64,000 nucleotides of DNA from an uncultured Ignavibacteriaceae bacterium (GTDB lineage: Bacteria > Bacteroidota > Ignavibacteria > UBA10030 > BY39): NCBI GenBank assembly GCA_964581995.1, contig CAZOQB010000008.1:77278-141277 (forward strand), given 5' to 3'. Position 1 is the stretch's first letter, and each line of letters opens with the position of its first letter. This document shows positions 30,407 to 41,439 of the stretch, in pieces. Made by a program: the position numbers and the translations under genes. Under the pieces are notes generated by a model, which worked only from the letters and a program-made list of their open reading frames with translations, made no database searches and was not told the DNA's origin.

Positions 30407-31405
30407 TTAAAATAACCGATATATTAAATCAATTATCATGAAAGTTCCGTAGCCAACCAACCCGGAAATTGGTATAGTTAAAACCCAAGCCCAAACGATT
30501 TTACCGGCAAGTCCCCAACGGACTGCGGACAATCTTCTTGTAGCTCCTACGCCCATAATTCCGCCTGCTACGGTATGTGTAGTGCTGACGGGTATTCCGG
30601 CAACAGCAGTTCCTAAAAGTACAAATGCGCCAGCAGTCTCTGCACAGAAGCCGCCTATCGGTTGAAGATGTGTTAAACGCATTCCCATTGTTTTAACGAC
30701 CTTCCATCCGCCATACATCGTGCCAGCAGCAATTGTCAAGTGCGCGATTATCACGACCCAGAAAGGAACGTAAAACTCCGAACCGAGATAGCCACCTGTA
30801 TAAAGTAAAATTGATATGATGCCCATAGTCTTTTGTGCATCGTTTGTACCATGACCTAAACTGAAAGCTGCGGAAGAAATCAGCTGACCTACTCTAAAAA
30901 ATTTATCAACTCTCGAGGGTGATTTTTTTCGAACAATCCACATAACTACAACCATAAAAATAAAACCTAAGAACATACCAATTAGAGGCGAGAGAAAAAT
31001 AAAAATACCTACTTTCATTAGACCGGCGGTAACCAACGCTTCGAAACCGACTTTTGCGACTGCAGAACCCGCTAAACCTCCAATTAAAGCATGAGAAACG
31101 CTTATCGGCAGCCCATAATGTGTGCACACATGTGTCCAAATTACTGCACCTATTAAAGCCGACAGGATTAATTCGTGGTTGATGACAGCCGGATTGACGA
31201 TACCTTTCCCTATTGTGGTGGCCACATGAACACCGAAACCGAATGCAGCCGCAAAATTGAAAAATGCAGCCCATAGAACAGCCAAACGGGGGGAAAGCAC
31301 ACGAGTAGAAACGACTGTTGCGATAGAATTCGCCGCGTCGTTCATGCCGTTGAGAAAATCAAAAACCAGTGCGACGAAAATAATAAAAATTGTAAATTCA
31401 AGCAT
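30407..31405 (-). CDS. Inorganic phosphate transporter (PiT family)
   Basis: NGMNDAANSIAT, GLPISVSHALIGG, HGTNDAQKTMG, PVSTTH. Confidence 0.95.
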   Translation of the reverse strand: MLEFTIFIIFVALVFDFLNGMNDAANSIATVVSTRVLSPRLAVLWAAFFNFAAAFGFGVHVATTIGKGIVNPAVINHELILSALIGAVIWTHVCTHYGLPISVSHALIGGLAGSAVAKVGFEALVTAGLMKVGIFIFLSPLIGMFLGFIFMVVVMWIVRKKSPSRVDKFFRVGQLISSAAFSLGHGTNDAQKTMGIISILLYTGGYLGSEFYVPFWVVIIAHLTIAAGTMYGGWKVVKTMGMRLTHLQPIGGFCAETAGAFVLLGTAVAGIPVSTTHTVAGGIMGVGATRRLSAVRWGLAGKIVWAWVLTIPISGLVGYGTFMIIDLIYRLF

Positions 31406-31418
31406 AGTAGTTTTGGGT

Positions 31419-32066
31419 TTAAGTGTTCTTGATGATTATACTTTCAATCGCATTTGCCGCATCTTCGCATTTATCTGTAGCGCCTTCTAATCCGACAAGT
31501 ATCTCTTTTATTTTTATCAATTCAATAGGATCCTTACACGTTTTGAAAAGATTTGCGACACCAAGCTCAAAAAGGTCGTCCGCTTTATTTTCATAACTGT
31601 TCATATGAACGCAAGCTTCGAGTATCTCCTTCTTGTTATCCATATCTCTCAGCATTGGAATCACTTTTTCTAATTCGCTAATGGAGTCTTTTAAGGTTTC
31701 GATGATTTGAATACCTTCAATCGGAAAATGATTAATTTCGTATAAGATCACGCGTTTTGAAACACCGTTGATATGGTCGAGTACATCGTCAATTGATGCT
31801 GCTAAAAGATGTATATCTTCTCTATCGAACGGAGTTACAAACGAAGAACCCATTTCGTTAAATATCCTATGGGTTATCAAATCTCCCTTGTGTTCAATAT
31901 CCTCAATAAGTTTAAGCTTAATCCGGTGTTCCTCGGTCAATGGAAACTTAAAAGCCTCTAACAGTGTTTTCCCGCCATAAGCTAAATTTTTAACGTCTTC
32001 TTCAAATAAATTGAAGAAATTATCGTGGCGAGGAATTAATTTTTGGATAAATTTATTTATATTCAT
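31419..32066 (-). CDS. DUF47 / PhoU-like Pit accessory protein
   Basis: EHKGD..TH.I, FVTPFDREDI, ENKAD, TDKCEDAAN; directly upstream of pit. Confidence 0.92.
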   Translation of the reverse strand: MNINKFIQKLIPRHDNFFNLFEEDVKNLAYGGKTLLEAFKFPLTEEHRIKLKLIEDIEHKGDLITHRIFNEMGSSFVTPFDREDIHLLAASIDDVLDHINGVSKRVILYEINHFPIEGIQIIETLKDSISELEKVIPMLRDMDNKKEILEACVHMNSYENKADDLFELGVANLFKTCKDPIELIKIKEILVGLEGATDKCEDAANAIESIIIKNT

Positions 32067-32112
32067 AACCTACTCTTTATTGATGATTATTTTATTTGAT
32101 TGAACTAAAATT

Positions 32113-35100
32113 TTATACTACCTCAATCGGTTTTTTCCTCAGAAGATAGTCCAGCCATTTATTTGAAAGCTTTTCAAGAACTGAATTAACCCTCAAACGC
32201 GAATTAAGATTCTGAAAATCAACCTCGTCTAAATGCTGATCCTGATTAAAACATGTGAATACTGGTTTAGTTTCTATTCCTGTAACAGGATCGACGTGGC
32301 GAACTAAGCACTGAGCACAAACTTCTTTCATCATACACTGCATCGGTGCATTGATGCTTCCTATAGCGGTATGATGAGTTAGGTAAGGAGCCAATATACC
32401 GTGACGTGCATCTTTTACCGCCGCCATCATTCGGTCGGAACCGATTGCAATGATTCGGTTGACTGTAGGGAGTGGAATTAATTGCTCACCTAATTTTCCG
32501 TCGCCGTAATTTTTCATCGCTTGGACTATGTTTCCTCTGAAGCGTGAATCTTGAGGACGATTTGGCATAATCTCTTCGCCGCTATCCGTACTCCAGATAA
32601 TTTGATCGGTGGAAGACTCTATCTCTTCTCGCTTGAATAAGTCTTCGCCGCGTTTATAACCAGCAAAGTAGATTACTTTGTTGCCGTTTTGACGCAAAGC
32701 TTTTGCAATTGAAAATAAAACTGCGTTTCCAAGTCCGCCGCCGGCAAGAAGAACATTTTCACCCTGTGGAATTTCAGTCGGCGTTCCGGTCGGTCCCATA
32801 ACTACAACCTTCTGCCCTGGTTTTAGAGAAGCTATAAGCCGCGATGATGCGCCCATCTCCAACACTATCACGCTCAATAATCCTTTATCGGGATCAGTCC
32901 ACGCACCGGTTAGGGCTAAACCTTCCATAGTAAGCTGAGTGCCTTCAATCCAGATTGAGTCTGCCTCGAAGTTTTGGATACGATAAAATTGTCCGGGTTT
33001 GAATTTCTTTGCTTGCATAGGCGCTTTAACTATTACCTCAACTATCGTAGATGTTAACCGGTTTACTGAAACAACTTTTGCTAAGAATAATTCTTCAAGA
33101 TGAGTTGAAAATTTATTCCACTTTTCATCTTGCTCCAGTTGATTAATGTTACTGTAATTGTCTATTTCGTTTCTGAATAAATCTACTACTTGTTTGTAGC
33201 CTTTTCTTGCGGACGACATAGCTTTAACAACATTGCCCGCATAAGCCGGATGATTATCGCCATAATAGGTTATGTACTTGTCGTTGTCCTTGTACGATGT
33301 GAAAAACGCTTTTTCAGAATCTTCAGCCGGCAGCAGCGCAGCGTCTCCTTCTAAAGAAAGTTGATGGGATTGGAAGAATTGCTTCCACTTATCCATCTTG
33401 AATGTGTTCGGAAACTCTCTTTCATAAATTATATTGGGGCTTGTTCCAGCCGCAACGAATAAACTTCTGGCAGGTACTCTTAAATATTCGCTGGAGTTTT
33501 TCCATTTTCCATTCTCTTCATTTTGCGTCTCAAAAACAATCTCTTTAATTGCACCATGTTCATCCGGGACAGCTTCAGTCGGGTTCATTTTTTCAACGAA
33601 CTCAATTCCCTCTTCAAAAGCTTTTATAATTTCTTCATGATTTAACCTGTAAGCGGGGGAATCAATCAAGCCCTTGCGATAGAAAACTTTGACACCGCCC
33701 CATTTACGGACTAACTTTATAAAGTTTGGTTTTTCATCAGCCAACTTTGCCCGCTCTCGTTCGGCAACTACCTCACGTCCATGTTTAAGAAATTTCTTCA
33801 GGATTTCTTTTTCTTCCTTATCATACAGATTTAGAACTTCATCTTCACCGAACTCAGAGATTATTTTTTCAAAACGTTCGAGGAACTTTTCGACCTGATA
33901 TGGATAATAAGCCATCAACTCTGTTGCAGTGTCTATCGCAGTTAATCCACCGCCTACGACGATAGCCGGCAACTCGACTTGCAAGTTTGCCATGCTCGAG
34001 CGCTTAGCCGCACCGGTTAATTGCAAAGCCATCAGAAAATCGCTCGCCTTGCGGATGCCGCGGATTAGATTGTTCTTCATGTTTATTATTGTCGGCTTAC
34101 CCGCACCTGTTGCAATTGCGATATGGCTAAAACCTAAATTCCAGGCATCTTCGATTGTAAGCGTTCCGCCAAAGCGAACACCGCCGAATATTTTAAAATT
34201 CTTCCTGCGAGCCAGAGTCAGGTAAATCATGTTTAGAAAATTTTTATCCCAACGAACTGTTATTCCATATTCTGAAACACCGCCAAAACCAGCCATTACC
34301 CGCTCATCTAATGGTTTTCGTAACTCATTAATATCGTAAATTGGCTGCGGCATTTCGGACTCACTACCCGTCAGCTCATCCGGAAGTGGCTCGATTTTTA
34401 AACCGTCAATTCCAACAACACCGAAGCCCTCGTTTAAAAGATAATGAGCAAGTGTGTAGCCCGCAGGTCCAAGACCGACCACTAAGATATTTATGCCGTT
34501 ATACGGTTTCTGATATGGTTGATTAATGTTGAGTGGATTCCAGCGTGTGAGCAAACTGTAAATTTCGAATCCCCATGGAAGATTCAATACATCGGTAAGA
34601 ATTCCGGTTTCTATTTGTGGAATATTAACTGGCGTTTGTTTCTGAAAAATGCACGATTTCATACAATCATTGCAAATGCGGTGACCAGTACCGGCAACCA
34701 TCGGATTATCGACCATAATCAAAGCAAGTCCGCCAAGTGAATCGCCTTTGCTCTTTAGGAAATGTGCTTCGGATATTTTTTCTTCAAGCGGGCAACCGCT
34801 AAGCTCAATACCGAGCAGATTAGTTTTTACTTCTCCTGTTTTTTCCTTTAAACCCTTCGCGCAAGAATCTTTATCCCTATCGTGACAGTAGATGCAGTAA
34901 TCGACTTCGGCTGCAACATCGCGAAAACTGTACCGCGGGTCTGTTAAATCAAAACCATCGCGTCTTCTGTATGTCGACTCGTTACCAATCATTCGTTTTA
35001 TAGGTGATTCATGATTGGCTAATTCATACTCCACCAAATGTTGAAAATCAATATTCTCCGGGATCTTGAATGAACTCCAATCTTTAACGATCCTCTTCCC

Positions 35101-35826
35101 TTCCGGCAAGTAATGGACTGCCGCGCACCACTGTTCCAATTTTTCGAGTAGGAATTTTACAAGCTCGTTAATTTTCTCGTCATTCGTTTTGTCGCTTTTA
35201 GAAATTCCAGCAACTTCTCCATAAATATTCAATGACTTAAATAATTTTACACCGTCATTTACCGCATCGTCAGAAATAGGAGTGGAATCCGATGTAAATT
35301 TTTGTTTGTACGCTTTCTCTATCTCGGTCAAACGTAACACCATGAGTGCGGTTGATTTCTCTGTATCACCGACCCAATCCAATTCAGGAAAAGCTGCTTG
35401 CCGAATCTTATTCAGTAAGGCATCCACTTCGTTGAATTTAATATTTTTTATCCTATCAGCGTTCCATTTTTTCAAAGCACGGCGGAGAACAAATTCCTTT
35501 TTAAAAAATAAAATCTTTTCTTCTGCAAAGAATTTATTTTTCAAGCTCTTGACGTCGTCTTCAACATCAAAGAGACGACCGATAAACGCGCTGAGGAACG
35601 GAGCCATTTCTACAAGAATGTTTGAAACTTCAGGGGGTGGAGTATTTTTTGGATTGTTACGGTATGCTTCAAATCTATTAAAGATAGGTGGGTTAAGTCG
35701 TTTTACGTCATTATAAAAGATAACGGTCAGATCACGCAGCTTTGAAGGAATATACAAATCGGAATAATGGAAATCATTTAGGCGGAGTTTAACTTCTTTT
35801 TTAGTGATCTTTTTCTCTTGAGCCAT
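32113..35826 (-). CDS. Large FAD/Fe-S oxidoreductase: GltD-like domain fused to PyrK-like FAD/[2Fe-2S] domain
   Basis: YCIYCH..C, GCPL, RICNDCMKSC; VGLGPAG; GGGLTAIDTA; C-terminal PGQFY, GPTG, GGGLGNA, PMQCMMKEVCAQC..TC. Confidence 0.85.
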   Translation of the reverse strand: MAQEKKITKKEVKLRLNDFHYSDLYIPSKLRDLTVIFYNDVKRLNPPIFNRFEAYRNNPKNTPPPEVSNILVEMAPFLSAFIGRLFDVEDDVKSLKNKFFAEEKILFFKKEFVLRRALKKWNADRIKNIKFNEVDALLNKIRQAAFPELDWVGDTEKSTALMVLRLTEIEKAYKQKFTSDSTPISDDAVNDGVKLFKSLNIYGEVAGISKSDKTNDEKINELVKFLLEKLEQWCAAVHYLPEGKRIVKDWSSFKIPENIDFQHLVEYELANHESPIKRMIGNESTYRRRDGFDLTDPRYSFRDVAAEVDYCIYCHDRDKDSCAKGLKEKTGEVKTNLLGIELSGCPLEEKISEAHFLKSKGDSLGGLALIMVDNPMVAGTGHRICNDCMKSCIFQKQTPVNIPQIETGILTDVLNLPWGFEIYSLLTRWNPLNINQPYQKPYNGINILVVGLGPAGYTLAHYLLNEGFGVVGIDGLKIEPLPDELTGSESEMPQPIYDINELRKPLDERVMAGFGGVSEYGITVRWDKNFLNMIYLTLARRKNFKIFGGVRFGGTLTIEDAWNLGFSHIAIATGAGKPTIINMKNNLIRGIRKASDFLMALQLTGAAKRSSMANLQVELPAIVVGGGLTAIDTATELMAYYPYQVEKFLERFEKIISEFGEDEVLNLYDKEEKEILKKFLKHGREVVAERERAKLADEKPNFIKLVRKWGGVKVFYRKGLIDSPAYRLNHEEIIKAFEEGIEFVEKMNPTEAVPDEHGAIKEIVFETQNEENGKWKNSSEYLRVPARSLFVAAGTSPNIIYEREFPNTFKMDKWKQFFQSHQLSLEGDAALLPAEDSEKAFFTSYKDNDKYITYYGDNHPAYAGNVVKAMSSARKGYKQVVDLFRNEIDNYSNINQLEQDEKWNKFSTHLEELFLAKVVSVNRLTSTIVEVIVKAPMQAKKFKPGQFYRIQNFEADSIWIEGTQLTMEGLALTGAWTDPDKGLLSVIVLEMGASSRLIASLKPGQKVVVMGPTGTPTEIPQGENVLLAGGGLGNAVLFSIAKALRQNGNKVIYFAGYKRGEDLFKREEIESSTDQIIWSTDSGEEIMPNRPQDSRFRGNIVQAMKNYGDGKLGEQLIPLPTVNRIIAIGSDRMMAAVKDARHGILAPYLTHHTAIGSINAPMQCMMKEVCAQCLVRHVDPVTGIETKPVFTCFNQDQHLDEVDFQNLNSRLRVNSVLEKLSNKWLDYLLRKKPIEVV

Positions 35827-35944
35827 TATATATTTCGCAATTTATTATAAATTTCACTGCTTACGGCATACCTTGAAATGAAAATGTTAAGATAACTCTT
35901 CGGGCATTAATATAACAATAGAATAAGAAAAATACAAAGAGTAT

Positions 35945-36100
35945 GCACCTCTACGACCTACGGCACTTTAAATAGCAACGTAGAATTTATTAACAAGGAA
36001 CAGCATCGTATATGCGGTCTGTTTGTAGAAAAGTTTATAAAATTGATTATTAGTTCCGTTAGGAGCGATCTTACGCCGCACCCTTCATCGGATGCTACGT
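35945..36100. repeat. Degenerate REP cluster
   Basis: Decayed hairpins (GTTCCGTTAGGAGC, GCATCGTATATGC) and TGTTTGTAGAAA (36020-36031), the reverse complement of 42800-42811. Confidence 0.45.
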
Positions 36101-36172
36101 TTGGAAATTATTAACGACGTGTTTATATTTCTTCAACTTTTTCAAGTCTAATAAACACAAACAGGGATTCAA

Positions 36173-37435
36173 ATGAAATTTCTAAATTTGTTGATCAACG
36201 GTATTACATTAATTTTATTTTTCTGTCCAATCAAAACCATACCGCAAGTTGAGGCGTACACGGGGGGCGTTGAAAAACAAAAAGCAGTCAGAGTATTTAT
36301 AGATTGTGAGGACTGTGATTATAACTATATTCGCTCAGAGATTACATTCGTCAATTATGTTCGCGAACGATTCGAAGCCCAAGTTCATGTATTAATTACA
36401 ACTCAGGAAACAGCATCGGGCGGTGATGAATATACTCTAACCTTTATTGGACAGAATGAATTTAAAGGGATCGATGATACTCTTACTTACGTATCAAAAA
36501 ATGACGAAACCGATGATACAAAAAGAGAAGGGTTAGTTAAAATCATGAAAATCGGTTTGATCCGATATGTTTCAAAAACGCCTCTCTATAAAGATATCGA
36601 GGTTTCATACAGAGAACCGACGAAACAAGAAGAGGTAGTTGATAAGTGGGATTATTGGGTTTTTAACACAAACATTAATAGCTATTTCAACGGACAAAAA
36701 TCGCAATCTTATGCTGCAATCTACGGAGGATTTTCAGCAAGCAGAATAACTAACGATTGGAAGGTGAGTCTATCTATTAATTCAAGCTATAATGAAAATA
36801 GGTATGAATTTTTTAATCAAAATTTTTTAAGCACCTCTCGAAGTTACGGCTTCTACAGTTTTATTGCAAAGGGAATAGACGATCATTGGTCGGCAGGTAT
36901 TTCAAGTTCGCTTTCATCGGCTTCATATTCCAACATTAATTTATCTGTAGGGTTAGGACCTACGGTTGAATACAACATTTTTCCATATTCGGAATATACA
37001 CGAAGAGAACTGCGTTTAAAATATGGTTTAAATGCCGGGCATACAAATTACCGTGAAGAAACAATTTATGATAAAAAATATCAAGTTTTGTTTACGCAAT
37101 CTCTTTCGGCGACTTTAGAATTTAATCAGCCGTGGGGTTCAACAGAAACCACGCTGAGTGGGTCGCAGTATTTTCACGACCTAAACAAATACCAATTGAC
37201 GCTGTTCAGCGAATTTAATCTCCGACTTATAGCCGGATTATCGTTTCGGTTTTACGGTAGAGTTGCATTGATACGCAATCAAATAGGGTTGCCGAAACAA
37301 GACGCTTCGATGGAAGAAGTTTTGTTGCAAAGGCGAGAACTTGAAACACAATACGAATACTACGGTTCAGTAGGTTTAAGCTACACTTTCGGCTCGATTT
37401 ATAGCAATATTGTAAATCCAAGGTTTGGAAATTGA
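36173..37435 (+). CDS. Exported hypothetical outer-membrane protein
   Basis: Signal peptide; VFIDCEDCDYNYIRSEITFVNYVR N-domain; beta-strand-rich C-half ending SNIVNPRFG. Confidence 0.6.
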   Translation: MKFLNLLINGITLILFFCPIKTIPQVEAYTGGVEKQKAVRVFIDCEDCDYNYIRSEITFVNYVRERFEAQVHVLITTQETASGGDEYTLTFIGQNEFKGIDDTLTYVSKNDETDDTKREGLVKIMKIGLIRYVSKTPLYKDIEVSYREPTKQEEVVDKWDYWVFNTNINSYFNGQKSQSYAAIYGGFSASRITNDWKVSLSINSSYNENRYEFFNQNFLSTSRSYGFYSFIAKGIDDHWSAGISSSLSSASYSNINLSVGLGPTVEYNIFPYSEYTRRELRLKYGLNAGHTNYREETIYDKKYQVLFTQSLSATLEFNQPWGSTETTLSGSQYFHDLNKYQLTLFSEFNLRLIAGLSFRFYGRVALIRNQIGLPKQDASMEEVLLQRRELETQYEYYGSVGLSYTFGSIYSNIVNPRFGN

Positions 37436-37492
37436 TTTGACTTTATGCTTGCTTTGAGCTAAATTTTATCGAAAAATAAGAAAGGATAGATT

Positions 37493-38230
37493 ATGCAAAA
37501 ATCAATTCTGATTACTTTGGCAATTGCATTATGTGGTTTTCTTCCAGCACAAAGCCAAGTTACACTTCAAGCCGGTGGAGGTTTGGGCGTAATTGTGCCA
37601 ACAGCAGATTACAGCGGAACGACAATTGATTATTATAACGGGAAGAATTACGGTCTCGCATCAGGTTTCAATGTACATGGGAAATTTAGAGCCGGCTTAT
37701 TGGGATTTATTGTTGTGGGTGAGTTGGGATATTCTTCGTTGAGCAACACCGGAAATTCTGAACCGGGAAAAGGCACGGTAGAAGTATCGCAAAAGATTTT
37801 AACAATAAAAGCGGGCCCGGAATTTCAATTCAATATACCTGCCGCCCCGATAACTCCTTATATTGGGGGAAATTTGGCGATGAACAACTTCAGCGGCGAA
37901 ACATTGTTCAACGGAGTCGCAGAGGTACCGAGCGGTAATTATAAAATAAAATCGACAGCACGATTTGGGGTTGGTGTTAACGGCGGAGCAATCATTACTA
38001 TAAGCCCTCTGATGAAACTTGACATCAGCATCCAATATAATCTTATGAATGTCAGCGGTAAAAAATGGATAGATGTTGATGCGTCAAAGGATAAGCGAAT
38101 TGAATCGTACGAAGCTTTGAACGATGAGAAGGACCCGCTATCAAACTTGAATAACACGGAACATTTTATTTCTAAAACCAGAACGATTAATTCTATGGTG
38201 ATTACTGCAAGTTTGATGTTCGGGTTGTAA
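37493..38230 (+). CDS. Outer membrane beta-barrel protein (OmpA-like 8-stranded)
   Basis: Signal peptide, Gly/aromatic alternating strands, TPYIGG motif, C-terminal MFGL. Confidence 0.7.
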   Translation: MQKSILITLAIALCGFLPAQSQVTLQAGGGLGVIVPTADYSGTTIDYYNGKNYGLASGFNVHGKFRAGLLGFIVVGELGYSSLSNTGNSEPGKGTVEVSQKILTIKAGPEFQFNIPAAPITPYIGGNLAMNNFSGETLFNGVAEVPSGNYKIKSTARFGVGVNGGAIITISPLMKLDISIQYNLMNVSGKKWIDVDASKDKRIESYEALNDEKDPLSNLNNTEHFISKTRTINSMVITASLMFGL

Positions 38231-38275
38231 TTTAATACGATGAAACTTCCGATTTTTGTATGAGGATGAACAACT

Positions 38276-38977
38276 TCAAAAATCGGAAGTTTTACTGAGA
38301 TATGGGATTGGATCAACCACGCCGGCAAGTTTAAACCCGCGCAATCGCAATGCGCAGCTATCGCAAACACCGCATGCAATATCCTCGTTCTGATAACACG
38401 ACCAGCTCAAATGCAATGGCGCATTAAGTTCACTTCCTTTTCGAACGATTTCAGATTTCTTCAGGTGGATAATCGGAGTTTCAATCGATATATCAGAAGA
38501 TGGTTTTGTTCCCAATTTTATCACCTGGTTGAATGCAGCATAAAACTCTTTACGGCAATCAGGATAGCCGGAAGAATCTTCCTCGACAGCGCCAATAAAT
38601 ATTTTGGTCGCTCCTACTACTTCAGCCCAACTGACAGCAATCGAAAGTATGTTTGCATTTCGGAATGGGACATAAGAAGTTGGAATTTCTTTCCTCTCCA
38701 AGTTTGCAGGTTCAACCGGCATTTTTAAATCGGTCAAACTTGAGCCGCCTATTAACTTTAGATGCTCAATATTTACAGCCAACTTGTGCTTTACTTTGTA
38801 AAAGTCTGCGATGTCATTGAAAGCTTTAAGTTCTCGGCGTTCTGTCCGCTGCCCGTAATTTAAATGGAGAAAAGCCATTTCATAATGTTGATTTGCGACT
38901 GCGGCAGTTACGCAGCTATCCATACCGCCGCTAACAAGAACCACAGCTATTTCTTTATTTTCCATCTTATCCGTCAC
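38276..38977 (-). CDS. queC: 7-cyano-7-deazaguanine synthase
   Basis: [39 protein letters not shown]. Confidence 0.97.
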   Translation of the reverse strand: MTDKMENKEIAVVLVSGGMDSCVTAAVANQHYEMAFLHLNYGQRTERRELKAFNDIADFYKVKHKLAVNIEHLKLIGGSSLTDLKMPVEPANLERKEIPTSYVPFRNANILSIAVSWAEVVGATKIFIGAVEEDSSGYPDCRKEFYAAFNQVIKLGTKPSSDISIETPIIHLKKSEIVRKGSELNAPLHLSWSCYQNEDIACGVCDSCALRLRGFKLAGVVDPIPYLSKTSDF

Positions 38978-38981
38978 CTAA

Positions 38982-39198
38982 CTTCTACATTCATTATTCG
39001 ATGTTCAATATTCATCATTTATATTTGCCTTTTTTTTACTCTTCCTTCGTTGTGAGATATATTACTAACCACAAGGTTCACGAAGATTACACAAAGTTCC
39101 CAAAGTTGTTGTTACATCGCTAGTAACTCTTTGTGTCCCCTGTGACGACCTTTGTGGTTTATTTTTTTTTCTTTGTTCGTCATTCGTTATTCGTGGCT
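38982..39198. repeat. Compound intergenic element between queE and queC
   Basis: Minus-strand heptamers GAATATT GAACATC GAATAAT GAATGTA; AACCACAAGG..CTTTGTGGTT palindrome (39067-39159); TTCGTCA TTCGTTA TTCGTGG heptamers. Confidence 0.6.
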
Positions 39199-39212
39199 AA
39201 TCATAAATTATA

Positions 39213-39884
39213 TTATACCCCGCGCGTTTCAGGAGACCATATATACTTTTGTAATTGTAACTGAAATCGGACATTCAAATTATCTTCCAAAATCCAACCT
39301 GCTAAAATTTTCGGGTCAATTGCTCCATAAACCGGCGACATCAATACTATGCATTTATCCAGCAATCCAAACTCATCAATTTTTCTTTTCGTCCACTCGT
39401 AATCGGTTTTATCACCAACAACAAACTTCACCTCATCATCTTTTTTCAGATAATGAACATTCTCCCAAATATTTTTCTTTTCCATTCCGCTGCCCGGACA
39501 TTTAAAATCGACAATACGCTTTACTCTTACATCCACACTCGAGATATCAATGCTTCCACTGGTTTCAAGAAGCACTTCGTATCCTTCGTCGCATAAAATT
39601 TCCATTAAAGGATGAACATTCTCCTGTAGGAGCGGTTCCCCGCCCGTTACTTCTACTAACTTACAACCGTACGATTTTACTTTATCTATTATATCAGATA
39701 TTTTCATCTGCGTGCCTTCATTAAAAGCATAAGCAGTATCGCAATAATTACAGCGGAGATTACAATATGTCAACCGTATAAACACGCACGGTAATCCGGC
39801 ATGCGTTGACTCACCCTGTATGCTGTAAAATATCTCATTAATTGTTAGAGTATCGTTTGTGTTTTGTATAGTTTTCGCTTGCAT
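39213..39884 (-). CDS. queE: 7-carboxy-7-deazaguanine synthase
   Basis: NEIFYSIQGE, FIRLTYCNLRCNYCDT, TGGEPLLQ, QLQKYIW. Confidence 0.95.
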   Translation of the reverse strand: MQAKTIQNTNDTLTINEIFYSIQGESTHAGLPCVFIRLTYCNLRCNYCDTAYAFNEGTQMKISDIIDKVKSYGCKLVEVTGGEPLLQENVHPLMEILCDEGYEVLLETSGSIDISSVDVRVKRIVDFKCPGSGMEKKNIWENVHYLKKDDEVKFVVGDKTDYEWTKRKIDEFGLLDKCIVLMSPVYGAIDPKILAGWILEDNLNVRFQLQLQKYIWSPETRGV

Positions 39885-40028
39885 GATTCGGAAATAAATA
39901 TCAGTAGAAGTTTAACGAAAGGCAAATTGTGAGATACGGCATAGAGATAATAATTTCTATTGCTTAACAAGTATGAATTCTCTATATTATTCTATCATAA
40001 ATTATGTTAAACTTATCTTTGAAATAAA

Positions 40029-41132
40029 ATGAAAACTTACATATGGTTATTTACTTTAATTATCCTTTTACTTGGCGGCTGTTCGAAAGAGAGCACCAAC
40101 CCTATCGTTAACGACGACGGTACTCTGAATTCAAATATCCAAACGATTGATAATGTGAATGCCGCAAACGGCGATGTTTCAACCGCCATCGACGGTAATA
40201 ATAAACTTCACGTCGCTTATTTTTCGTTCAACCTCGGATTAAAATATGCAACAAACAAAACCGGCTCGTGGGTATCAACAATGATTCATCCAGAGGACAC
40301 GAGTACCACTATGTCTGTTTATAATGACATTGCAGTTGACAGCAGCGGATTTGCTCACATAGTTTATACTATCTCCGGACTGAGAGTGACTGATGAATCG
40401 GCAGTTTACTACGCCACTAACAAAACCGGCATATGGGTTAAAACCAAGATTGCTTTTGCAACAGGCTCAGATTTTAGTGGTGCCGGCTTGGCGGTTACAA
40501 GTACCGGCAATGTTCATATAGTTTATGGTGATCACACGATGAGTCTAATGTATAAACATAATCTTTCCGGGTCATGGACAAGCGCAGGAAATTTAGGCTC
40601 TTACTGGACAAGCGTTCGACCGCGGCTCGCTCTCGACGCAAGTAACAATGTTTACGTGGCATACGAACATGGTGGAGAGGGAACCTTACATCTACAAGTA
40701 ATAAACTCGGCGGGAAGCCTTGTAAGCAATTCGATACTTGATGGTGTGAGTGGATCAGGAGTGTCGGTTGGCTGGAGTCCGGATATCGCTATCAATAAAA
40801 CTAATGGCTTTGTTTTAACACCATACTGGAATTACGATAGCAAATTATTAAAAATTTATAACGGCGGAACTATAACCACGCTCGATACTTTAAACAACTG
40901 GACTGACCCAGCTATTGTAACCGATATCAGCGGAAAAGCGCATATCTGTTACACCGACTTAACTACTTATGAATTGTACTACGTGAGCAATAAAACCGGA
41001 CCATGGGTTAAGGAAATAATTACTGCATCTGTTACAGCGAGGGGTTCGGCTCTCGTCGTTGAACCGACAGGAAAATTACATTTTATATACTGTGTTAAAG
41101 GCGTTAATTCTTTGAGAGTGATTACAAAATAA
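40029..41132 (+). CDS. Lipoprotein with repeated beta-propeller-like modules
   Basis: Lipobox LGGC; repeats of IAVDSSG.AHIVY..YYATNKTG.W. Confidence 0.7.
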   Translation: MKTYIWLFTLIILLLGGCSKESTNPIVNDDGTLNSNIQTIDNVNAANGDVSTAIDGNNKLHVAYFSFNLGLKYATNKTGSWVSTMIHPEDTSTTMSVYNDIAVDSSGFAHIVYTISGLRVTDESAVYYATNKTGIWVKTKIAFATGSDFSGAGLAVTSTGNVHIVYGDHTMSLMYKHNLSGSWTSAGNLGSYWTSVRPRLALDASNNVYVAYEHGGEGTLHLQVINSAGSLVSNSILDGVSGSGVSVGWSPDIAINKTNGFVLTPYWNYDSKLLKIYNGGTITTLDTLNNWTDPAIVTDISGKAHICYTDLTTYELYYVSNKTGPWVKEIITASVTARGSALVVEPTGKLHFIYCVKGVNSLRVITK

Positions 41133-41175
41133 AATTTTTCAATCATTTTGGCATTGATTAATTTTTGTTTCTGAT

Positions 41176-41203
41176 AAAGCCAACCTTTTGAGTTGGCTTT
41201 TTT
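41176..41203 (+). terminator. Intrinsic terminator
   Basis: AAAGCCAAC..GTTGGCTTT followed by a T run. Confidence 0.8.
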
Positions 41204-41232
41204 AATGGGCTCAAATAGGTTACAAGCGAATT

Positions 41233-41403
41233 ATGTGGTATATTGAAAACAAAAGGGATAAACCAATGTTGAGTCTAAGAATGCCAAAAAAAGTTATAAA
41301 ACCAGCGGTTCAGAAAGTTAATAATTTCTGGGATAATAGAGAACAAATTGTTAATAAGGCAAGAAAAGAAAAAGAGAAGAAAGACTTACGAAAAGGTGCA
41401 TAG
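41233..41403 (+). CDS. Small hypothetical protein (56 aa, Lys-rich)
   Basis: Hand-translated ORF MWYIENKRDKPMLSLRMPKKVIKPAVQKVNNFWDNREQIVNKARKEKEKKDLRKGA, below the ORF-track cutoff. Confidence 0.4.
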   Translation: MWYIENKRDKPMLSLRMPKKVIKPAVQKVNNFWDNREQIVNKARKEKEKKDLRKGA

Positions 41404-41439
41404 AAGCTGTATTAGACAAATTCCTATGGATAAAAGATT

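Noticed and set aside
38276-39884. Dpd-type 7-deazaguanine DNA modification system
   Set aside because: Only queE and queC are present, with no dpdA/TGT paralogue or dpdB-K nearby; ordinary queuosine biosynthesis explains them.
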